Below, one piece after another: positions 17,340 to 25,600 of a DNA stretch of 45,870 bases. The notes beneath the pieces are model-generated. The model was not told the origin of the DNA, made no database searches, and saw nothing but the letters and a program-made list of their open reading frames with translations. Both the position numbers and the translations under genes were made by a program. Source of the DNA: a virus; IMG/VR virus record IMGVR_UViG_3300012931_000008, one strand, 5' to 3'. Each line of letters starts with the position of its first letter. The first letter of the stretch is position 1.

Positions 17340-17827
17340 TCAAACTGCGGCCCTCGATAGAGATTGTTCGCCATTGCTGCCCGGCCCCCGTCGCCGGCGC
17401 CGAGATCGGCGTTTTGGGCGGCGGCCACGCCGTCACTATGCTCCGCAATTTCCCTGAGCTGCGGATGCTTCATCTGGTCGATTCCTACGGCGGTATCAGC
17501 GAGCAGGACCCCAAGGTGATCGAGTTCAAGAATCGTTTCGCCCCCGAATCGCAGCGGATCCGCTGGCACATCCGCACGTCGCTGGACGCCTCCATTGAAT
17601 TTGCCGACGGCTCGCTGGATTTCGTCTATATCGACGCGAATCACCGCTATTTCGAAGTCGCCCGGGACATCCGGGCCTGGTGGCCCAAGGTCAAAGCGAC
17701 GGGCCTTTTGTGCGGACACGATTATTTCAGTCATGGCTCAGTAAAACAGGCCGTCGATGACTGGGCCAAAGAATTCAATCATTACATCTTTTCGACCGCA
17801 CCCGACTGGTGGTGCTTCAAGGAGTGA
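17336..17827 (+). CDS. Class I SAM-dependent methyltransferase 2
   Basis: GAEIGVLGGGHA and LDFVYIDANH..TGLLCGHDY. ATGA-coupled to the upstream gene. Confidence 0.65.
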   Translation: MIKLRPSIEIVRHCCPAPVAGAEIGVLGGGHAVTMLRNFPELRMLHLVDSYGGISEQDPKVIEFKNRFAPESQRIRWHIRTSLDASIEFADGSLDFVYIDANHRYFEVARDIRAWWPKVKATGLLCGHDYFSHGSVKQAVDDWAKEFNHYIFSTAPDWWCFKE

Positions 17828-17828
17828 C

Positions 17829-18437
17829 ATGGACATCGACTATAACCAGCTCATCAAGGACAGCAATAACCGCATCGCCGCCCTCGATTTGCAGCTCTTG
17901 GAGCGGGCCTGCGATCATTGCCGGGCAAAAACGATTCTGGAGATCGGCTCGGCCGACGGCGGCTCCTCGGTCATACTCGGCCTCAAGGCCAAAGAGCGCG
18001 GTGGGCATCTCTATTGCATCGAGCCTCAGCCGAAAGGTCGCATGAAGGCGAACATGACCGCCCATGATTTGGAGGGTGTTTACACCCTCATCGCTAAAGC
18101 GTCCCCATGGATCCAGTTCGAGGCCATACCGCCAATCGACCTATTGTTCATCGACGGTCGTCACGATCTTCGCTGGTGCCTGGTTGATTATCACTATTGG
18201 CAGCCGAAGGTCCGCGTCGGCGGCGTCATTGTCTTTCACGATACGAGCGGTCATTGCCAGGAAGACCGCCGCCAATCCGGCTACGGCCAGCCGGGCTATA
18301 AGCCTCTCGTGCAGCGGGCCATCGATATCATCCTGACGACGGACGCGCTGCGGATTGTCGGCATTTCAGAGACCCCCAACGGCGGGGCTATCGCCTTCGA
18401 GAAAACTGAATTCATCGAATCGAAAGGAACGCCATGA
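17829..18437 (+). CDS. Class I SAM-dependent methyltransferase 3
   Basis: ILEIGSADGGSS and LLFIDGRHD..GGVIVFHD. ATG 17829 lies 1 nt after the upstream stop. Confidence 0.65.
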   Translation: MDIDYNQLIKDSNNRIAALDLQLLERACDHCRAKTILEIGSADGGSSVILGLKAKERGGHLYCIEPQPKGRMKANMTAHDLEGVYTLIAKASPWIQFEAIPPIDLLFIDGRHDLRWCLVDYHYWQPKVRVGGVIVFHDTSGHCQEDRRQSGYGQPGYKPLVQRAIDIILTTDALRIVGISETPNGGAIAFEKTEFIESKGTP

Positions 18438-19315
18438 ATATCTTAGTCACCGGCGGGGCCGGCTTCATCGGCCGGCACGTTTGCGCCAATCTGATTGCCC
18501 GCGGCCACAAGGTCCTTGTCTATGATGTCGTCAAACCTGACTGGCCGGGCGTGATTCATACGAGCGGCTGTGTCCAGGATAAGAGCAAACTCTGGTCCGC
18601 CATCGAGATTGCCGACGCCGTGATGCACTTGGCCGGCGTCTTGGGCACGGCTGAGACCATCGAAGATCCACTCTTGCCGATCAACGTGAATATCACCGCG
18701 TCGGTGGACGTGTTCGAGGCCTGCCGAAGGTTCCACAAGCGGGCCTGCTATATCGCGGTGGGCAATCACTTTATGAACAATTCATACGCGATCACCAAGA
18801 CAACCGCCGAGCGTTTCGCCCTGATGTACAACAAAGAGCACGGGACAAAGATCGCCGTCGTGCGAGGCCTCAATGCTTATGGTCCCTACCAGAAGCATAA
18901 GCCCGTCCGCAAGGTCATCCCGAATTTCATCATCCCCGCCCTGCGAAATGACCCCATCATCATCTATGGCTCCGGCGAGCAGATCATGGACTTCATCTAC
19001 GTGGAGGACTTAGCGGAAATTTTGTGTCGGGCCTTGCTGGATGATCACGGCTGCTATGACCGCATCTTCGAGGCGGGCAGCGGCCATCGTATGACGATCA
19101 ACGAGGTCGCCGAGATAGTGATCCACCTGGCGAGATCATCATCGCGGATTGATCATCATGCTATGCGCGGCGGCGAGACGAACGATTCGATCGTGGTGGC
19201 GGACGTGCGGACGCTGGCGCCGTTGAAGTACTCCGTCGCCGGGATGATCGCATTGGAAGAGGGTCTGACCCGGACCATCGATTACTACCGAGAGCACCTG
19301 GAACTTTATCCATGA
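18434..19315 (+). CDS. NAD-dependent sugar epimerase/dehydratase (extended SDR)
   Basis: MNILVTGGAGFIGRHV (Rossmann GxxGxxG) and YAITKTTAE (YxxxK). ATGA-coupled. Confidence 0.8.
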   Translation: MNILVTGGAGFIGRHVCANLIARGHKVLVYDVVKPDWPGVIHTSGCVQDKSKLWSAIEIADAVMHLAGVLGTAETIEDPLLPINVNITASVDVFEACRRFHKRACYIAVGNHFMNNSYAITKTTAERFALMYNKEHGTKIAVVRGLNAYGPYQKHKPVRKVIPNFIIPALRNDPIIIYGSGEQIMDFIYVEDLAEILCRALLDDHGCYDRIFEAGSGHRMTINEVAEIVIHLARSSSRIDHHAMRGGETNDSIVVADVRTLAPLKYSVAGMIALEEGLTRTIDYYREHLELYP

Positions 19316-20031
19316 AACTTTTCTTTTTCACCTACGTGGATCGCAATCCCAAGTATCGGGCGGAGGCCGATATCCTGATTCGGTCCGGGCGGCGGTTCGG
19401 TCGGGACATTTATCTATTCGAGATCCCCGATGGTGCGATGTGGAACCGATACAAGGTCGATCTCTTGGCTGCTGAGCTACCCGCCGCTGACCGCTACATC
19501 TGCCTCGATAGCGATACGATCCTGACGGGCCCGGGCGATTGGGAGGCGGAGGATTGTCAGGGCGTGATGGATATCCTGTATTATTGCGATGAACATGAGC
19601 GGGACAAACATACGAAGGCCTTCATCCGCAATCACACCATCTGCCGTGGCGATCCGGGCGCCTACGACTGCGTTCTATCGCTGTGGCGACAATTCAATGA
19701 TCCGATCTGGCCGAACAGCGGCGTCGTGGTCCTCGATGCTGGAATCCGCCTGCCCTTTGCCGAGTGCTGGAAGCAGTGGATGGCCCAGATTGATAGCCAC
19801 TGTGATCGAGGCTATATCATCGGCGATGAAGCGCCCTGCATGTTCGCCCGGCACGAGTTCGGCCTTCCGCTGCTGCCGCCGCGATTCAACATCTGCTTGA
19901 AATGGCAACCCGTGCCGGCCGATGCCGTGCTCCTGCACGCCGACGGCAACGTCACGGGCGAAAAACGAATCCCTTACAATGAAGTTTTGGAAGATCTGAT
20001 CGCCTATGAGCGAACCGCAAAAGCCTTATGA
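19312..20031 (+). CDS. GT-A glycosyltransferase, GT8-like
   Basis: YICLDSDTI (DxD), NSGVVVLD and LLHADGNV resemble GT8 signatures. Confidence 0.6.
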   Translation: MKLFFFTYVDRNPKYRAEADILIRSGRRFGRDIYLFEIPDGAMWNRYKVDLLAAELPAADRYICLDSDTILTGPGDWEAEDCQGVMDILYYCDEHERDKHTKAFIRNHTICRGDPGAYDCVLSLWRQFNDPIWPNSGVVVLDAGIRLPFAECWKQWMAQIDSHCDRGYIIGDEAPCMFARHEFGLPLLPPRFNICLKWQPVPADAVLLHADGNVTGEKRIPYNEVLEDLIAYERTAKAL

Positions 20032-20782
20032 GATTTCAAATCTCGAATCTCAAATTATCTTCCCGCCCTGGTATGGTGAGTTGGGCTGGGAGGTGATGAC
20101 CTGGGCGCCCTTCTGCCGGCGGGCGGCCCAAGGCCATGAACGGGTAATCGTGACGACCTTCGATGGGATGGCTCCCTTATACGCCGACTTCGCCACCGAG
20201 TTTCGCTCGAATGGAGAGAGGGCCCGCTCGCTGACGTATCCCAAGCATTATCGCGTCAAGGGCCTCCATTACCGGTACGGCCGGCGCGAGAAGGCGGGGA
20301 CGTATTTCGACCTATTGATTCATGCCAGGGGCGTCGCCCGCAAGAGCAGTATCAATTATCGCTACTGGCCCCAGCTTGCGGACCTCATCGAGCGCAAGGG
20401 CTGGTCGGTGGCCTGGATCGGCGGGCCGAAGGATACCTGGCAGCCCGGCTGCGGTTTCGATCTGCGAGGCCTGGAGCTTCAAAAGCTGATGGACATTATC
20501 GCCGCCTCGAGGTTGGTCATAGGCGTCAGCTCGGGGATCATGCACTTAGCGGCCGCGTGCGGAACGGACTTACTCGTCTGGGGCGATCGCCGGACCTATT
20601 TCGGCGAGACGCTTGAGACGCGCTACAAGGCAACATGGAACCCGCACCAGGTCCGGGTCGGCTGGATTGACGCCGACAACTGGCAGCCGGAACCGCAGCG
20701 GATCATCGAAGAAATCGAAACAATAATCAATCAGACGGGTCAGACAGGTCGGACAGGTCAGACAATGAAAGGACAGCAATGA
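20006..20782 (+). CDS. GT-B glycosyltransferase, GT9 (heptosyltransferase)-like
   Basis: PPWYGELGWEVMTWAPF and LVIGVSSGIMHLAAACGTDLLVWG. The start is uncertain because the ORF overlaps the upstream gene and the F array. Confidence 0.55.
   Translation: MSEPQKPYEISNLESQIIFPPWYGELGWEVMTWAPFCRRAAQGHERVIVTTFDGMAPLYADFATEFRSNGERARSLTYPKHYRVKGLHYRYGRREKAGTYFDLLIHARGVARKSSINYRYWPQLADLIERKGWSVAWIGGPKDTWQPGCGFDLRGLELQKLMDIIAASRLVIGVSSGIMHLAAACGTDLLVWGDRRTYFGETLETRYKATWNPHQVRVGWIDADNWQPEPQRIIEEIETIINQTGQTGRTGQTMKGQQ
20032..20059 (+). repeat. F-type array, 4 x 7 nt (AATCNNN)
   Basis: gatttca aatctcg aatctca aattatc. It starts right after the TGA of the GT8-like gene. Confidence 0.6.
20730..20765 (+). 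repeat. A-type array, 4 x 9 nt
   Basis: atcagacgg gtcagacag gtcggacag gtcagacaa. Here it is read as QTGQTGRTGQT. It ends 13 nt before ATG 20779. Confidence 0.9.
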
Positions 20783-22647
20783 AAATTCTCTTGCGCAATA
20801 CCCAACCGCTCTTGGGCGACCGGCTGATGTTCACACCTTTAGTGCGGGATTTGAAAAAGGCCCATCCCGACTGGCGGATCGGCGTCGAATCGGCCGGGCC
20901 GGAGATCTGGCTGAATAATCCACACGTGGATTGCTCGATCAATGAGGCGAACGCCGACAAGATCTACGACGTCGGGCCGGGCAAGGTGACGCGGGGCAGT
21001 AAGACCAACGGCTTGCACATCACAGCAGCCTTCCGCTGCTCGCTGGAAGAGCAGTTAGGCGAGGCAATTGCCCAGGGTCCCTTCAAGCCGGACGTTTATC
21101 TTTCAGACGCTGAGAAGGCCCAGCGCATGATCGACGGCGACTATTGGGTGATCAATTGCGACACGGGGCCTTTCACCGCCAAGCGCTGGCCGTTAGAGCG
21201 ATTTCAGGCCGTGGTAAATGCATTGCCGGACCTGACGTTCGTTCAGGTCGGCTTAGGCAAGGACTGTCACGGCCGGCTCAAAGCCCCCAATGTCATCGAC
21301 CTGATCGACGGGACCAAGGTCCGCGAACTCTTCAGCCTGGTCTATCACGCCCATGGCTGCATCAGCCTGGTCAGTTCGCTCATGCACGTCGCTGCCGCCT
21401 TCGATAAGCCTTGCGTAGTGATCGCCGGCGGACGCGAGCCGCCGACCTTCGAACGGTACGCCTGGCATCGCTACATCGACAACGTCGGCTGCCTGCCCTG
21501 CTGCAAGATGCAGGCCTGCTGGCACAATGCGCTATCCGCCTGTAAGGACCATGATGACAATTACGCCCATTGCATGAGGCTCATAGAGGCCCCTGACGTC
21601 GTCTCAGCCGTGCGATCCTATTATCGGGGGGGAAGGCTCGAATCGCCCAGGTCTATCAAAGCGGCGGCCACGCTGCGGCCGTTGCTGCGTATCGTGGCGA
21701 AAGGCTCATTCTTAGGTGGGGCCGAGCGGTCCTGGACCACGATTGCCCGGCTTTTCGTCAAGAACAACTGGCGGGTCGAGATCTCGCCCCCCGATCCGCT
21801 GAATCCCGCCGTCGCCGCCCAACTGCCGCCGGAGGCCATCGTGACGAACCATCTCTCTCGCCCCTGCGATGTGCTGCTGTTCTATGCCTCGGATCTGGTG
21901 TTCAGCTTCGATGACCCCAAGTACGGCATCTTTGAGGAGCTGCGGTCCGGCCGCAAGGTCATGGCCCTGACCTATAAGATCGGCAAGGCGGGCGAGGTCC
22001 CCTGGACCAAAGGCTGGGACCGGTATCTCTTTCTCTCGACCGCGCTTCGGGACGGCTTTCAGGCGAAGGTTGGAAAGGCAGTGTTTTCAAGTTGCGTTCT
22101 CGCCCCCTGTGTGGACCTTGAACCGTTTCTGAGAATGTCCGACAAGTCAGACAGGTCCGACAAGTCCGACCAGATTCGATTAGTTCGCCATTCGAGCCAG
22201 GGCGATAAGAAGTACCCGATGAGCCTCTTGCAGATCATGGCCGAGACGAAGGCCCGGTATAACTTCATGCCTAAACCGGGCTTTTTGTCGGAGAGATCGG
22301 ACAAGTTAGACTGGTCCGATTGGTCCGACGACCCCGAGAAGGTCGCCGCCTTTCTTGCCTCCGGCAATTGCTTCTGGTACCTGCTCCCGGACGGCTACAC
22401 CGACCAGGGCCCGCGCGTGATCGTCGAGGCGATGGCCGCGGGCCTGCCGGTGATCGCCGAGAACCGCGACGGCGCCGCCGATCGCGTCACGCCGGAAACC
22501 GGATGGCTCATCGATCGGCATGAGGAGGCAATCGAAATAATCTCAAATCTCAAATCTGAGATTTTGATGGCGAAGGGCCGGGCCGCCCGCCAGCGGGCCA
22601 TCGAAGAATTCAAACCGCTAAAATGGTTCGAGGCCATCGTGAAATAA
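20779..22647 (+). CDS. Fusion glycosyltransferase: N-terminal GT9-like (with a Cys cluster) plus C-terminal GT4/GT1-like
   Basis: GDRLMFTPLVRDLKKAHPD and LVSSLMHVAAAFDKPCVVIAGGREP (GT9). Cys cluster CLPCCKMQACWHNALSACKDHDDNYAHC. VIVEAMAAGLPVIAENRDG (GT4). It carries A arrays in frame. Confidence 0.7.
   Translation: MKILLRNTQPLLGDRLMFTPLVRDLKKAHPDWRIGVESAGPEIWLNNPHVDCSINEANADKIYDVGPGKVTRGSKTNGLHITAAFRCSLEEQLGEAIAQGPFKPDVYLSDAEKAQRMIDGDYWVINCDTGPFTAKRWPLERFQAVVNALPDLTFVQVGLGKDCHGRLKAPNVIDLIDGTKVRELFSLVYHAHGCISLVSSLMHVAAAFDKPCVVIAGGREPPTFERYAWHRYIDNVGCLPCCKMQACWHNALSACKDHDDNYAHCMRLIEAPDVVSAVRSYYRGGRLESPRSIKAAATLRPLLRIVAKGSFLGGAERSWTTIARLFVKNNWRVEISPPDPLNPAVAAQLPPEAIVTNHLSRPCDVLLFYASDLVFSFDDPKYGIFEELRSGRKVMALTYKIGKAGEVPWTKGWDRYLFLSTALRDGFQAKVGKAVFSSCVLAPCVDLEPFLRMSDKSDRSDKSDQIRLVRHSSQGDKKYPMSLLQIMAETKARYNFMPKPGFLSERSDKLDWSDWSDDPEKVAAFLASGNCFWYLLPDGYTDQGPRVIVEAMAAGLPVIAENRDGAADRVTPETGWLIDRHEEAIEIISNLKSEILMAKGRAARQRAIEEFKPLKWFEAIVK
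22137..22172 (+). repeat. A-type array, 4 x 9 nt, inside the glycosyltransferase ORF
   Basis: gtccgacaa gtcagacag gtccgacaa gtccgacca, read as SDKSDRSDKSDQ and preceded directly by an in-frame ATG (22135). Confidence 0.9.
22296..22331 (+). repeat. Degenerate A-type array, 4 x 9 nt
   Basis: atcggacaa gttagactg gtccgattg gtccgacga, read as RSDKLDWSDWSDD. Confidence 0.6.
22539..22559 (+). repeat. F-type array, 3 x 7 nt
   Basis: aatctca aatctca aatctga, within the glycosyltransferase C-terminus. Confidence 0.55.
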
Positions 22648-25600
22648 ATGTCAACCACAGGGGCGAAATTTCCGACCGCATCGTCCACCACATCAGAGGC
22701 CCCCTACGATCATCTGACCTGGCAGACGCCGAACAACATCTTCGGCAACGAAGGCAACAACTGCTACATTGACGACAACGCCTTCGATAGCGGCATCGAA
22801 TCCTACATCCTCAAGGGCAAAGGTTTTGACTTTTCCGTCATCCCCGACAGCGCGACCATCGTCGGCGTCACCGTCAAGGTGGAAGCCCACTATACCACTG
22901 GCGCCGCCGGCATTGCCTTGGCCCAGCTCTTAGATACCAGCGGCGCCAAGGTGGGAACGAACCTCTGCTCGACGCCCAAACCAATCACTCAAACGACGCC
23001 GACCGTGATTACGATCGGCGCGGCGGACAATCTCTGGGGCAACGTCCTGACGCCTCAATGGGTGAAGGACCCCGATTTCGGCGTCGCGCTCGGGGTGATC
23101 CCGACGGGCAATAATTCCAATGTCTATATCGACTACGTCACGATGGAAGTGACCTACGCCGAATCCAGCTCCAGCTCCTCGAGCAGCAGCTCAAGTTCGA
23201 GCAGCAGCGAGTCGTCTTCCAGCTCTTCGCTAAGTTCGAGCAGCAGCGAATCGTCTTCCAGCTCATCTTCGTCTTCGAGCCAGTCGAGCAGCTCCTCTTC
23301 ACAGTCGAGCAGCTCGACAAGTTCCAGCTCTTCATCATCGAGCAGTTTTTCAGCGACGCCTTTGCCCGGTTTTCTCGTCACGGATGACATCACGAACTAT
23401 ATTAATCTCAACCATACGATACACCGAAAGCTGGTACGAACATCGAACGGGGATTTGCACTGTGTCTATTACCGTACCATTTCGGGATACAATCAAATCT
23501 GCTACGCCAAATCGACGGATGGCGGAGAAACATGGGCCGAGACACAACTAACTTCTGCCAATTATGGTCAGTCCAATCCAGCGATAGCAGTTGATTCGAA
23601 TGATGTTCTCCACGTCGTTTGGGAAGGCAAATCAGCCGGCAGCACCACCAACGCACAAATCCGCTACATGAAATACGACGGTTCGTGGAGCGGCATTACT
23701 GAATTGACCGACAGCACAAAGGGAGACGGCGCGCAAACCTATTGTGGCATCGCCGTCGATTCGAATGATTATCTTCACGTCTGCTGGGAAGGTAAACCGG
23801 AAGGTGGTTCTTATCACCAAATTCGCTATATCAAATTTACAGATTCATGGCAGACCATTGTAGATTTATCCTCTGAAACCTACGATCAGGGTGTTCCCAC
23901 TATTGGCGTCGCTCCCAATGATAATGTTCACGTATTCTGGGATGGCCAGAACGATGCGTCGCCAACCCATGTCCAAGTCCACCATCGTGTCTATACGGAT
24001 TCGTGGCAGGATATTGAAGACCTCACATCAAGTGAATGGAGTTCATACGAACCGCACTGTGCGTTTGATTCAAGCGGCAACGTGCATTTAGCTTATCAAA
24101 GTCAGGAAGAGACTGTATGGAATGTCAGATACCGGCTCTACAACGGCTCCTGGCAGGCCGAGGTGGATATAACAAGTGGAAGCATCTACGAGAACTCATC
24201 TATTACGATTGCTGTCGATGCTCAGGATGATATACACGTTGCTTGGAATGGTTATCACGCTGGTTCGTCGAGCACCTACCAAATCCGCTACCGCCTCTAT
24301 AACGGTTCCTGGCAGGCGATTCAAAACCTCACGGAATATTTACCCGAGCAGCGGGTGCCCAATCTGATCTGGGCCTATCATCCCATCATCGGCGGCGCCC
24401 GAACGAATCGCCCGGCGACGGGCTATGCCCTGATCTGGGCCAACGATAATTCAGAGATCCGCTATTTAGCCAGTGACGATCTAACCTGGGATCCGCCGAG
24501 TTCTTCATCGAGCTCCTCGGAATCTTCAAGCAGCAGCGAATCGAGTTCCAGCCAGTCGTCTTCCAGCTCGTCATCAAGCCAAAGCTCCAGCTCGTCGTCC
24601 TCGAGTTCGTCGCAGTCCAGCTCCAGCAGCTCGTCAAGCCTGAGCTCCAGTTCGTCCAGCAGCAGCGAATCGTCCTCAAGCTCATCGTCCTCGCTGAGCT
24701 CCAGTTCGAGCAGCAGCCTTTCGTCCAGCTCATCATCCAGCAGCCTTTCCAGCAGTTCGTCCAGCAGCTCGCTGTCGTCCAGCTCATCGTCATCGAGCCT
24801 TTCGTCCAGCTCATCATCGAGCGAAAGCTCCAGCTCTTCGAGCAGCTCAAGCTCCGAATCGATTTCATCGTCCAGCAGCTCGCTTTCGTCAAGCTCATCG
24901 TCATCGAGCCAAAGTTCCAGCTCTTCGAGCAGCTCAAGTTCCGAGTCGAGTTCATCGTCCAGCAGCTCGCTTTCGTCAAGCTCATCGTCATCGAGCCTAT
25001 CGTCCAGTTCGTCATCGAGCCAAAGTTCCAGCTCTTCGAGCAGCTCAAGTTCCGAGTCGAGTTCATCGTCCAGCAGCTCGCTTTCGTCAAGCTCATCGTC
25101 ATCGAGCCAGTCGAGCAGCAGCAGCCAATCGAGTTCCAGCCAGTCGTCTTCAAGCCAATCGTCTTCAAGCCAATCGTCTTCAAGCTCGCAGTCGTCATCG
25201 AGCCAGTCGAGCAGCAGCAGCCAATCGAGTTCCAGCCAGTCGTCTTCCAGCTCGCAATCGTCATCGAGCCAGTCGAGCAGCAGCAGCCAATCGAGTTCCA
25301 GCCAATCGTCTTCCAGCTCGCAATCGTCATCGAGCCAGTCGAGCAGCAGCAGCCAATCGAGTTCCAGCCAGTCGTCTTCAAGCTCGCAATCGTCATCGAG
25401 CCAGTCGAGCAGCAGCAGCCAATCGAGTTCCAGCCAATCGTCTTCAAGCTCGCAATCGTCATCGAGCCAATCGAGCAGCAGCAGCCAATCGAGTTCCAGC
25501 CAGTCGTCTTCAAGCTCGCAATCGTCATCGAGCCAGTCGAGCAGCAGCAGCGAGTCGTCTTCCAGCCAATCGTCTTCCAGCTCGCAGTCGTCATCGAGCC

